The notes under the pieces are model-generated. The model saw only the letters and a program-made list of their open reading frames with translations, ran no database searches and was not told the origin of the DNA. 64,000 bases of DNA, from positions 62,001 through 126,000 of the IMG/VR virus record IMGVR_UViG_2030936005_000022; one strand, given 5' to 3'. Position 1 is the stretch's first letter, and every line of letters begins with the position of its first letter. A program made the translations under genes and the position numbers. The DNA comes from an uncultured virus (IMG/VR IMGVR_UViG_2030936005_000022) (lineage: Duplodnaviria > Heunggongvirae > Uroviricota > Caudoviricetes). Positions 18,269 through 27,637 of this stretch are shown one piece after another.

Positions 18269-18940
18269 TTAGTAATCTTCCCCATATGGGAATTCGTAGT
18301 GAGAGATTAGTTTGTTCTGATAGCTAACAATGGAAATATACTCCCCATCTTCATCTTCAAAAAGACGGAATTCAATCTCGCCCCATTTTTGCTTCTTAGT
18401 GCGTTTAGCTTTTTTACCATAAGTGTCTTGGATGAACTTCTTGCAATCTGCTGTACTTTTAACATCGATTGCATCTGGTGCAGTAAGAGACTTACCTAGT
18501 AAAGTACTGAAGAAATCTTCAATTTCTTTTACACGAGCACGTACTGTTAATTCTGGGAAATGTTCATCGTGGTCAGTATAAATCAATTCACTGTAACTTT
18601 CCATACAACGCCAATCAACAAGACCCAAATCGGACAACTCTTTCCAGTGAATTTGAGTAATATACTCGATTAGTGATTGATCGTCAAGGTATCCTTCATC
18701 AGTTTTTAAACCAAATGGGAACCCACTAAACTCTTCTGGATCACGGCGACCTAATACAATTGATGGTGCAGAAGGAATATTTTCTGAATCACTTTCATAT
18801 TCTTCTTTATCATCTGGATCATTGAGGTCATATTCATTCAACTCAATAATACCTTTAAGTACTTGATCGTGTACCCATTTTGAATCATATAGTGGTAGTA
18901 CATAACTATCTAGTTTAGATTTTAGTTCAGAAAATAACAT
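18269..18940 (-). CDS. Hypothetical protein
   Basis: 223 aa, AGGAG SD. Confidence 0.75.
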   Translation of the reverse strand: MLFSELKSKLDSYVLPLYDSKWVHDQVLKGIIELNEYDLNDPDDKEEYESDSENIPSAPSIVLGRRDPEEFSGFPFGLKTDEGYLDDQSLIEYITQIHWKELSDLGLVDWRCMESYSELIYTDHDEHFPELTVRARVKEIEDFFSTLLGKSLTAPDAIDVKSTADCKKFIQDTYGKKAKRTKKQKWGEIEFRLFEDEDGEYISIVSYQNKLISHYEFPYGEDY

Positions 18941-18948
18941 ATAAACTC

Positions 18949-19167
18949 CTAGAGTATTAGTTTAAAGATTATTGTTGGTATTCCGATGTATGACAACACA
19001 CCAACACCTATCATACCAGCAGAAAGAATAATTCGAACAATAAATGGAACATTTGGACCACCCATTGCAGATACAACCGCCATTGCTAATATGGCTAGAA
19101 CTGGAGTTATTAAAGCACACACAGCTATAGATAATATGGTACAAAGAACAACTAATGCTATTGTCAT
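18949..19167 (-). CDS. Membrane protein, paralog of 19397-19624
   Basis: Hydrophobic, ends YIGIPTIIFKLIL; AGGAG SD. Confidence 0.65.
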   Translation of the reverse strand: MTIALVVLCTILSIAVCALITPVLAILAMAVVSAMGGPNVPFIVRIILSAGMIGVGVLSYIGIPTIIFKLIL

Positions 19168-19175
19168 ATAAACTC

Positions 19176-19385
19176 CTATGGAATTAATGCAAAAAATGAA
19201 ACAACATAAATGAAAATTACAAAACCCCAAACTGTGTATAGAACAGATTTGTACTCATCAAACCAACCACTCCAATCAATCTTTCCGTTTCTACTCCATC
19301 CAATTGTTGTTGCCATAGTAATACAGTATGCCACTAGTCCTACAAACACAAAGATGATTGATAAAAACAAAACACTCCAAAACAT
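19176..19385 (-). CDS. Membrane protein
   Basis: ATTIGW...WFDEYKS; AGGAG SD. Confidence 0.65.
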   Translation of the reverse strand: MFWSVLFLSIIFVFVGLVAYCITMATTIGWSRNGKIDWSGWFDEYKSVLYTVWGFVIFIYVVSFFALIP

Positions 19386-19396
19386 ATTCTGTACTC

Positions 19397-19624
19397 CTAA
19401 AGTATTAAGAAAAATATAAGTACTGGAACTGCAATGTACGCAACTAGTAAAATACCAATATAACCTGCAACCATGAAGTATTTTTCTTTATTGGTAAGGC
19501 CGGGTGCACCACCTGCCATTATGAATGGCATTAGTGCCATTGACACGAACGGTGCACTTACTATACACCACACAATTGTTAATACTATACCTAAAATTAT
19601 TGATAAAATCATAATCCACCTCAC
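19397..19624 (-). CDS. Membrane protein
   Basis: Hydrophobic, ends YIAVPVLIFFLIL. Confidence 0.65.
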   Translation of the reverse strand: MRWIMILSIILGIVLTIVWCIVSAPFVSMALMPFIMAGGAPGLTNKEKYFMVAGYIGILLVAYIAVPVLIFFLIL

Positions 19625-19626
19625 TT

Positions 19627-19651
19627 AAAAATGGGGAGGTCATGCCTCCCC
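19627..19651 (-). terminator. Terminator after NAMPT gene
   Basis: GGGGAGG-TCATG-CCTCCCC with T-run. Confidence 0.75.
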
Positions 19652-19661
19652 TAAAAACTAA

Positions 19662-21140
19662 TTACAAACCTTTGTTAGCACGTTCACGTACTTCATCAAA
19701 AGAACTTAGGTTCATAATTTTACCATCCACATACACATCAACCATCATATCTTCTAGTTGTTTGTTCACGTCCTGTAGCTCAATGCGTTCAGCAATGATT
19801 TTACCAGTAACTTTACATTTGTATGTGGTTACGCGACCACGTAGGCTACGTTTACCAACATCAGTAATTGGGTCTTTGAATAGGTCTTCCCAAGTACCGT
19901 CTTCTAGTTGTTGTGCAGAACCTTTCATTGCAAAGCTATAAGTATCGCGACCTTTCGGTGGGTGTACTAGCTTACCACCCATACCAAACACAATGTTCTC
20001 TAGAGATAGGTTGTGTTTTTCTAGGTTAGCAACGATTGCACGGATAGAATCTTCTTCAATACCATCACCTTGAATCACTCCAATGTAAGATGGTAGTACA
20101 CGCATACCTTTAGCATTTAGGGTAGTACCGAACTTGTCAGCTAGAATCTCTAGGATTTCAATTGGCATAGTTTCTGGATTACCACTATCTGGACGGGCAA
20201 CAATTTTTGCACCCGGACATTTCGCAGCGATTTCTTGAATCATTGCTTTTAGGCGTGTTCCGAGATATTCACGTACAAAGCGATATGCGTCATAAGTATC
20301 GATTACAATAGATACGATTGGTGGAACACCAACAGAACCTTTAGCAATGTAATCATCACACATTTTCTCCCAAATACGCACCATTTTTAGTGCCATATTG
20401 AAGTCATCGCGTTTGTCTGCGTCAGAGTTGGAACAGGTTGCACTGTGCTCAGTAGCCATCACACTGCTTAGGTAATTCGTTTGTGTGTGATAGTAGTGTT
20501 TGATATAACGGTTTGCCAATAGGCAATCGGAGCCGTTGAATACCACTGCGTGAGCAATACCTGCTAGAATTGCTGATTCGTAGCTAGATGCACTACGATC
20601 ACCAAAGTTGTGTAGATGATAATCTACAAAGCGATGACCAGCATGACGTTCCATAGTATCTCCGAGGAACTCTTTGATACTACGGGCGTTTGAAGCAACA
20701 GTAGTACTGAATTGGATAGCACGTTGAAGTTGTGTTTCAATGTAGCTAGCAATTACTTTTACTGCTGGATCAGTACTCATAGAACGTACAAGTGGCATAC
20801 CTACTGGTACTACAGTACCTTCAGGAATCGCACGGATGTGCAAAGGAATACGACCATCATGTTTATGAAGAATGTGTTCCCAGAATGCACGGTCGAAATA
20901 ATCCCCGCGAGATGCGGTTTCAGCTTCGGCTTCATCAATGTCATCCATCGTAATCTGAATATCGAGATATTCTTGTAGATAGACTTGTAGACCCATCATT
21001 ACTACGTGAGTAGTGTATGGTGTTGGCTTACGTGCAATGATGTTGGATTCAAGAGCAATTACGCCATCTTTCATCATCATGCCGTGTGCAGTTTTGTATG
21101 AGTCTACGTTTAGGATAAAGTTAACTTTTAGATTTTTCAT
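19662..21140 (-). CDS. nadV: Nicotinamide phosphoribosyltransferase
   Basis: DSYK, PEG, LHNFGDR, ATEHS, SIVIDTYD, RPDSG, IQGDG, FGMGG, FKDPITDVGK. Confidence 0.95.
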   Translation of the reverse strand: MKNLKVNFILNVDSYKTAHGMMMKDGVIALESNIIARKPTPYTTHVVMMGLQVYLQEYLDIQITMDDIDEAEAETASRGDYFDRAFWEHILHKHDGRIPLHIRAIPEGTVVPVGMPLVRSMSTDPAVKVIASYIETQLQRAIQFSTTVASNARSIKEFLGDTMERHAGHRFVDYHLHNFGDRSASSYESAILAGIAHAVVFNGSDCLLANRYIKHYYHTQTNYLSSVMATEHSATCSNSDADKRDDFNMALKMVRIWEKMCDDYIAKGSVGVPPIVSIVIDTYDAYRFVREYLGTRLKAMIQEIAAKCPGAKIVARPDSGNPETMPIEILEILADKFGTTLNAKGMRVLPSYIGVIQGDGIEEDSIRAIVANLEKHNLSLENIVFGMGGKLVHPPKGRDTYSFAMKGSAQQLEDGTWEDLFKDPITDVGKRSLRGRVTTYKCKVTGKIIAERIELQDVNKQLEDMMVDVYVDGKIMNLSSFDEVRERANKGL

Positions 21141-21185
21141 TTTTAATACCTCTTCGGAAGTTGTTAAGAAAAGCTACATCACTTT

Positions 21186-21728
21186 TCAGATTATTAGTGA
21201 GTAAGGAATTTTATAGTCCACATTAAGATCAGCAAACATATTAGGATTTGGTGGAAATAATGCGTCCATTTTAAACTTCTGATTACTCTTTGCTATCTCT
21301 TCTATTGTATATTCCCCTTTTGATAGCTCATTGTCTATCTCATAGTAAGGAACTTCACCAATAACAGAAATATAGGTTGAGAACAATTCAGTACTGACAA
21401 GTAGTTTACTAGAAGAACAGGCAGCATACCTGTAAGCCCAAAACCCTTTTTCACCATCTTTGTACTCAAAATTTTTATCAACTACGTCTGAACTGAATGG
21501 GTTGTTTGTACTGCACCAATACCGGACAACCATAGTTGCATGTTGCCATTCATTTGCATTACGGATATGCCTAGCAGCCGCAAATATCAACGAATTTATT
21601 TCACACAGTCTAACATGTTCTGGCAAAATGTCAAGAAATTTACAATTCGTCGTGTCATATTTGCTATGCAAGTGACCTTGCATAGCCATGATATCAGAAT
21701 ATACGTCTTGTGTTAGACAATATAACAT
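21186..21728 (-). CDS. Hypothetical protein between the NAD salvage genes
   Basis: 180 aa, coupled to upstream gene. Confidence 0.7.
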   Translation of the reverse strand: MLYCLTQDVYSDIMAMQGHLHSKYDTTNCKFLDILPEHVRLCEINSLIFAAARHIRNANEWQHATMVVRYWCSTNNPFSSDVVDKNFEYKDGEKGFWAYRYAACSSSKLLVSTELFSTYISVIGEVPYYEIDNELSKGEYTIEEIAKSNQKFKMDALFPPNPNMFADLNVDYKIPYSLII

Positions 21729-22846
21729 TATAGAATTCCGAGGAAAGTATCAATAATGCTTAGATGATCTTCAAAGAACATCTCACGATTGTTTGCAATC
21801 TCAGAAAGTGGAACCCAGAATGCTTTCTCTGCATCATCACTACCTTTTACTTTAGGTAGTTTTGCACCAGCTAGCTTGATATAAGCACACTTGGTGATGA
21901 TACGCCAGCGTAGGGAACGTTCGAAGTCACCGAACTCTTCAACTTTCTCAATAGAACCTTTTAGTTCTTTATAACGAACATCAATCTTAGTTTCTTCTTT
22001 TAGTTCACGCAATGCTGTATCGACCTGTGTTTGGTCTTCCCATGCGTCAAAGAATCCACCGGGTAACGCCCATAATCCTTTACCGGGATAGGTGCGACGT
22101 TTTACTAGTAGGACGTGACCAGCACATACTACTAACGCATCACCCGTTAGGAATGGAATGTTAGTGTACGGTAGTTGCTCATTCATCTGTTTACGATAAC
22201 GTACAACAAAGTCGTGTTCATTTACTAGATTGTTTAGTACTTCAGGTTTATTCACGACGAACTTCTCAAGGAATTCTTGAGTTTCGGCGGGAAGACCAGA
22301 AGGTACTTGTTTAGTACTGAAGAACTGATTACGCAATGCAGTGCTGCTGAATGCTGGTGTAGGATTAACTTTAGAATCCTGTTCACGATATTCTGCTGGT
22401 ACTGCTGGGTTAACAGTTAGTACTTCTTCGATAAAATCTTGTTTCCAGTGCGGGAAGAAGTCGAGATAGAAAGTACTTGCATCACCTTCTTTACGACAAC
22501 CAGTAAGTACAATGTCAGTACTGTTGCTAACTGAAGCAACTTGATTTTGAACTTCTTTTAGCCACTTGGTATTGTTGTAAGTGTAATCGTGCACTGGAAG
22601 AATATTAATCTTCACAGAACGACCTTTTGACCACTCTTCGGATGCAATACGTTGTGCCATCGCTTCTAGTACTGTTTTGCGTTCGTCAAAGGTGAACGGG
22701 TTTTTTGGGTCACGAGCTAGTTCGGAAGAACCAACTAGTAGGACAACGCGATCAGCTTTTTCGATTGCATTTTTAAGTACTTCTTCATGACCACGATGTG
22801 TCATTTGGAAACGACCGATATAAACATAAACTTTTTCTTTACTCAT
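21728..22846 (-). CDS. nadM: Bifunctional NMN adenylyltransferase/ADP-ribose Nudix hydrolase (NadM-Nudix/NatV)
   Basis: IGRFQMTHRGH, KNPFTFDER, SSTALR; ALPGGF...ALRELKEET, GSDDA, FEDH. Confidence 0.95.
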   Translation of the reverse strand: MSKEKVYVYIGRFQMTHRGHEEVLKNAIEKADRVVLLVGSSELARDPKNPFTFDERKTVLEAMAQRIASEEWSKGRSVKINILPVHDYTYNNTKWLKEVQNQVASVSNSTDIVLTGCRKEGDASTFYLDFFPHWKQDFIEEVLTVNPAVPAEYREQDSKVNPTPAFSSTALRNQFFSTKQVPSGLPAETQEFLEKFVVNKPEVLNNLVNEHDFVVRYRKQMNEQLPYTNIPFLTGDALVVCAGHVLLVKRRTYPGKGLWALPGGFFDAWEDQTQVDTALRELKEETKIDVRYKELKGSIEKVEEFGDFERSLRWRIITKCAYIKLAGAKLPKVKGSDDAEKAFWVPLSEIANNREMFFEDHLSIIDTFLGIL

Positions 22847-22901
22847 TCTAAGTACTCCTTAGTTATTTTTTAACACCGCCTACATCAGCGGCTACATTCT
22901 T

Positions 22902-22930
22902 ATTATATCACATGATTTTTGGTTTGTCCC
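22902..22930 (-). promoter_or_regulatory. Promoter GGGACA-N17-TATAAT driving the NAD salvage operon
   Basis: TTGGGACA-AACCAAAAATCATGTGA-TATAAT. Confidence 0.85.
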
Positions 22931-23006
22931 AAGTTTTTATGGGCGTTTATCCGTGATATGTCGTCTATTATACGGTTTTTCTTGGGTATGTCAACGTTTT
23001 TTTTGG

Positions 23007-23012
23007 TAAATA
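23007..23012 (+). promoter_or_regulatory. Putative T4-like late promoter core TAAATA
   Basis: GGTAAATA upstream of three Ig-like genes (also 24278-24283 and 27605-27610). Confidence 0.55.
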
Positions 23013-23050
23013 ATGTAAAGTACTTTTATAATTTTACAGGAGATATTCAA

Positions 23051-24226
23051 ATGAAGCCTATTGCTAAATTTGGAGAGTTACCATTTTACGTGGATGGTAT
23101 CTGTGTTTTTGCTGCAACAGACGGGCAAGCACAAGCTATTACTGATGAACTCTTTATCATTGGTGAGCGTTCTACACGCATTTTTGATCTAGTTAACCAT
23201 GATACTAGTGAAATTTATAAATTTAAGCAAATGGTTAGTAGGGGGAAGGACTTAGTTGAGTTGCCATTATCAGCAACTGCAACCGAAGTTCAGCAAGCAC
23301 TTGGTAAAAATCAATTTGCGGTTAAAGTATATGATATTGTTAGTGGTGATGTTCTAGGATATGCTTACAAGTTTTTTACCCACAAATTTGTACTATCTAA
23401 TGGCCTAGAAGTTCCTGTTGTTGATTTCAACAAACAAACAACACAACCAGTTCCAATTGTTCCAGTTACTGGTGTTATTGTTACCCCAAAAACAATCTCA
23501 GCACTATTACCAAACAGTGTTTCTGGAACACTTATTGTTGATGTTCAACCTAGTGATGCAACCAATAAAAATGTAACATACTCTAGTTCTGATGAAACTA
23601 TTGCAACTGTTACAAGTTCTGGCTTTGTTACCGCCTTGAAAAACGGTAATGTAGACATTACGGTAACTACAGTAGATGGTGGTTTTACTGCTGTTTGTGA
23701 GATTGATGTTAAAACTGAAGTCCAGTCTATTTCTATTACAAACGCAAGTACGCCATTCCAACCGGGTCAAACCCAGCAATTGAATGCTACAATTTTACCA
23801 GTTGGAGCAGAATATAATGCCAGTGTTGATTGGATTTCTTCAAATGATGCAGTTGCAACAGTTTCAAGTACTGGTTTAGTAACTTACGTTTCTAACGGGG
23901 ATGCAACAATTACGGTATCCGCTAGTAATGGTGCTGAACCTAAAACCGCAACTTACACTGCTTTAACAAGAACAAGACTACAAGGGATTGAATTCAATCA
24001 CACAACATTCACAGGCGTAGTTGGTGGAACTGATCGTTTGATCACCATTTATACACCATCTACAGCAAGCAATCAGAATATCACATGGGCAACCAGTGAT
24101 TCAAGTGTTGCAACTGTTAGTTTTGGTGTAGTTTCATTCACTGGCATGGGAACCGTTGAAGTTACTGCAACCTCCCAAGAAGGCAATTTTGTCGCTACAT
24201 GTGTTTATACAGTTGTTAGTGCATAA
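23051..24226 (+). CDS. Ig-like (Big_2) domain virion protein 1
   Basis: Start MKPIAK after AGGAG; three repeats like V.P.DATNK.V.(Y/W)SSS...ATV...G.VT...G...ITVT. Confidence 0.88.
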   Translation: MKPIAKFGELPFYVDGICVFAATDGQAQAITDELFIIGERSTRIFDLVNHDTSEIYKFKQMVSRGKDLVELPLSATATEVQQALGKNQFAVKVYDIVSGDVLGYAYKFFTHKFVLSNGLEVPVVDFNKQTTQPVPIVPVTGVIVTPKTISALLPNSVSGTLIVDVQPSDATNKNVTYSSSDETIATVTSSGFVTALKNGNVDITVTTVDGGFTAVCEIDVKTEVQSISITNASTPFQPGQTQQLNATILPVGAEYNASVDWISSNDAVATVSSTGLVTYVSNGDATITVSASNGAEPKTATYTALTRTRLQGIEFNHTTFTGVVGGTDRLITIYTPSTASNQNITWATSDSSVATVSFGVVSFTGMGTVEVTATSQEGNFVATCVYTVVSA

Positions 24227-24240
24227 TTCTTTTTATATCC

Positions 24241-24265
24241 AAAGCACTGCTATGCAGTGCTTTTT
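24241..24265 (+). terminator. Intrinsic terminator
   Basis: AAAGCACTGC-TAT-GCAGTGCTTTTT. Confidence 0.85.
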
Positions 24266-24285
24266 AATTTAGGTGGGTAAATACA

Positions 24286-24328
24286 CTATATAACTTAATA
24301 AGGAGTTAATATGGGAAAACCAATAGCA
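24286..24328 (+). repeat. 43-bp exact direct repeat (copy at 27613-27655) covering leader, SD and first codons
   Basis: CTATATAACTTAATAAGGAGTTAATATGGGAAAACCAATAGCA. Confidence 0.9.
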
Positions 24329-25639
24329 AAAGCTGGTAATTCTCCATTTACAACTGGTGGATATTGTGTAACAGCCGCCAAGATAAATGGTGTAACATAT
24401 ACTAACCTAAACATATACCAACAACGTTCTGACATGGTTTTTGACCTAATTGATACGTCTGGTAACATTTATACATTCATTTCATTGGTGTATAACAATT
24501 CAGAGTCACAAACTCTAAATCCATCATTAAGTACTGAAGTACTTGTCAATTCAATTTCTGACAATTGTTTCTTTATTAAAGCAACAAATAGTCTAACCAC
24601 AAACACATCATTTGTGATTAGTTTTCAAAGTAATAAATTAAAACTAGCGAATGGTGAAATGCTTTATCGCCCGTTTGATTTATTCTACTGTAATATCCCA
24701 ACCCCTGAACCTTTTATTCTTCCTGATATGTCTAGAAGCTATTTTTCAGGTGGTGATGTGGTTGTACCCGCAACTGGTGAAGATTTCGGTACAGCAGATT
24801 TATTCCTAGTAGGTACTGACGGAAAAAACATCACAAACTATGATGTTAGTAAAATAAAAATGTCATTAGTGAATGATGACGGAACTTCATCATTATCTGA
24901 AGTTATTTCAAATGGAAATGGGGTTTATTATGCCAAAGTGTATTCTACGGTAATCCAACCTGTATATTTTGTTTGTTCAGTTAATGGTGAAACACCAAAT
25001 ATGACACGAAATTTTGTTCAATTTATATCACCACAACGTGCAACCGTAAGGACGAATAGTGCTGTTAATTATGGTACTGCTAGCACCGTGGTTGTTAATA
25101 CTGAATTTATAATAAATGATCCAGCCAACCAATCAGTATGGGATAATTCAGCTACGTGGACGTCACCAACTCCGGGCGTAACAATATTAGGAAATACATA
25201 TGGATCAACTTGTTATTTGATAGCTAACACCACCGATGATGTGGTACTACACTATCAATCAAATTGGCAGAAATCTTTGAATGCAACTGGTACAGTTAAG
25301 GTTGAACCCAATTTCATTTTAACATCACCTGATGGTACAGTGGATACATTTAAAATTATACCTGACTCAACTTTCGATGTTAAGTTTTCATATAACCCAG
25401 TTGACCTCAGTACTTCTGAGCCGGGTAATATTGTAATTTTGACAACAGCTTTAAATGGTGTAATAGATTCAGTTGAATATCTCGGATCTATGACTTATAG
25501 ATTTAAATCCAAAAGTGCTGATGAATTTGATTCATTTTCAAACTCTGGTATTGGTGATTTGACTCTTTCCAACTTCACATCACGTGCAAAAATTAAATTT
25601 AATATATCAGATAAATCTGGTAACTTCGAGGACAATTAA
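24311..25639 (+). CDS. Virion protein paralog 2 with Ig/invasin-like beta domains
   Basis: Shared MGKPIA...AAKING...YQQRS N-domain; NGNGVYYA invasin-like segment. Confidence 0.75.
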   Translation: MGKPIAKAGNSPFTTGGYCVTAAKINGVTYTNLNIYQQRSDMVFDLIDTSGNIYTFISLVYNNSESQTLNPSLSTEVLVNSISDNCFFIKATNSLTTNTSFVISFQSNKLKLANGEMLYRPFDLFYCNIPTPEPFILPDMSRSYFSGGDVVVPATGEDFGTADLFLVGTDGKNITNYDVSKIKMSLVNDDGTSSLSEVISNGNGVYYAKVYSTVIQPVYFVCSVNGETPNMTRNFVQFISPQRATVRTNSAVNYGTASTVVVNTEFIINDPANQSVWDNSATWTSPTPGVTILGNTYGSTCYLIANTTDDVVLHYQSNWQKSLNATGTVKVEPNFILTSPDGTVDTFKIIPDSTFDVKFSYNPVDLSTSEPGNIVILTTALNGVIDSVEYLGSMTYRFKSKSADEFDSFSNSGIGDLTLSNFTSRAKIKFNISDKSGNFEDN

Positions 25640-25640
25640 T

Positions 25641-27560
25641 ATGGGAAAACCAATAGCAGGCCAAGACCAATTCCCTTACAATACTAATGGGTTTTTAGTA
25701 GATGCGGCAAAAATTAATGGTGTAACATTTTCTAAATCACTGTACATATACAAACAACGTTCTGATACATACTATGATTTACAGGATACATCAGGTACAA
25801 TTTATCAGTTTGTTAAAATCGTTGGAACTGACCAAGATAAAAAACCACTTCAGTACTTTGATACATCCGAAGACATAGCTTTGAAATTGGAAAACAACAC
25901 ATTTTGTATGAAAATACAAGATCCAACTAGAGGTATATTTTCGTTTGTTAGACTTTACCAATGGCATAAATGTATAACATTCGATGGTGATTATATTTTC
26001 AGGAAAGGTGGATTAGATCCAACATTAAGTGGTGTTTATATAAATCCAGTGGTTGCGACAATATCTAAAGGTTCCACTCAATCATTCGTAGCTACTTTTT
26101 TCCCTGATGAATACTTGAACACTGATGGTAATTGGTATTTGAACATAAATGGTTCGGAAAAGACAATAAACACTTTAATTAAACAAACTGATAAAAATAA
26201 AATTGTGGTTGAGGGAATAGATGTTGGTAAATCAATTTTATCATTTATACCATCTGGAAACAATTCTAAAATTTCAAGTTCAATAATCAATGTTATTGAT
26301 GCAGATACGCCAGTTCAAAGTTTTTTTGGTAGAGGAACAACAGACTTGCCATTTTCAACCACGCGTGCGTTATATGGTGAGGAATTTGATATTGTTATTG
26401 AAACCTATCCATATGATGCAGTGTTGACTGAAGCACTCGATTTTGATATTAACATGAACGATGGATTAAGTATTGATGAAATAACTTTAGTGAAAGTATC
26501 GGATGATTTTAGAACCTATACCTTTAAATCAAAATATATATATGATATCGATCCAGTTGGGATTTCATACAATCCTAGAATTACTTTTAAAATGAAAAAT
26601 CCAATTGATTTTGAATTTATGGTTTATTCAATTTATATATATAATGAAATGCGAGAAATTTATGTCAAGGAAAACGAAGAACTTGGCGTTAGGTATGAAG
26701 TTCTTTCAAATTTAAGACCAAATTCGCAATACCAAGCAATAAAACAATACATGTATTATGGTATACAATATAACCCATATATCTCATCTGACCCATCAAT
26801 TGCAACATTGGATCATGAGACTGGTTTAATAACGACATACGATAAAACTGGCGAAGTTTCATTCTCAACCACATATGTTAGAGATAATGGGGAAGTTGTT
26901 AATTATGATAATATATTAAGCTTTTCTGTAATACCGGATGTTTATGATTATATAACAATCGATCCACCAAATATCACATCAGTTCCTATTAATTCAACAA
27001 CCCAGTTTAAAATATACGGCGTGATTGGGGATATTAAAACTGAATTGAAAATTAAAGAAGTCAGTGATTCCAATTACAAAATAACATCGGATGGTATATT
27101 AACTACTTATAACAAGGCTGGTGCTTATGCAACCGTTCAAGTTGATGATTTGTTTGAATTGTCATCTAATGTAATGACACCATATCAAACATTTGGAGCT
27201 TTCCCATTAATCGTTGAAGATGATAAATCAAAATATCAAATTACCGATCTATCATCATCTTGGGTATACCAAAATAATACTGTGTTTGTCAATCTAGATG
27301 GATATACCGCAGGGTTAATTCCAAATTTCACAATAAACCCATACCCAGAAGTATGTGTGGATTATGAATTGGAAATAATTTCATATGATGAATCTATAAT
27401 TGAAATTTTAGATAAAGAACGAATCTCGGAAAATCAATGTTTTATGGCTGGTCAAATGATTGTTTACTTCAATCCCGTATCACGTGGAAGTACTTTAGTT
27501 GTTGTTGGAAGTGTTTCTAATCCAGACATTAAAATTGAAGTTAAAGTTGTAGTTTACTAA
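25641..27560 (+). CDS. Virion protein paralog 3 with Ig-like domains
   Basis: True start MGKPIAG at 25641 (GAGGA SD); SSDPSIATLD..TGLITT. Confidence 0.8.
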   Translation: MGKPIAGQDQFPYNTNGFLVDAAKINGVTFSKSLYIYKQRSDTYYDLQDTSGTIYQFVKIVGTDQDKKPLQYFDTSEDIALKLENNTFCMKIQDPTRGIFSFVRLYQWHKCITFDGDYIFRKGGLDPTLSGVYINPVVATISKGSTQSFVATFFPDEYLNTDGNWYLNINGSEKTINTLIKQTDKNKIVVEGIDVGKSILSFIPSGNNSKISSSIINVIDADTPVQSFFGRGTTDLPFSTTRALYGEEFDIVIETYPYDAVLTEALDFDINMNDGLSIDEITLVKVSDDFRTYTFKSKYIYDIDPVGISYNPRITFKMKNPIDFEFMVYSIYIYNEMREIYVKENEELGVRYEVLSNLRPNSQYQAIKQYMYYGIQYNPYISSDPSIATLDHETGLITTYDKTGEVSFSTTYVRDNGEVVNYDNILSFSVIPDVYDYITIDPPNITSVPINSTTQFKIYGVIGDIKTELKIKEVSDSNYKITSDGILTTYNKAGAYATVQVDDLFELSSNVMTPYQTFGAFPLIVEDDKSKYQITDLSSSWVYQNNTVFVNLDGYTAGLIPNFTINPYPEVCVDYELEIISYDESIIEILDKERISENQCFMAGQMIVYFNPVSRGSTLVVVGSVSNPDIKIEVKVVVY

Positions 27561-27564
27561 CAAT

Positions 27565-27593
27565 AAAAAAGGAACCCATTGGGTTCCTTTTTT
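27565..27593 (+). terminator. Intrinsic terminator
   Basis: AAAAAAGGAACCC-ATT-GGGTTCCTTTTTT. Confidence 0.85.
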
Positions 27594-27637
27594 CATTTAT
27601 GTGGTAAATAATCTATATAACTTAATAAGGAGTTAAT

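Noticed and set aside
22919..23050. 44-aa N-terminal extension of the first Ig-like gene, and 25584-25640 for the third
   Set aside because: SD position and paralog alignment put the starts at 23051 and 25641.
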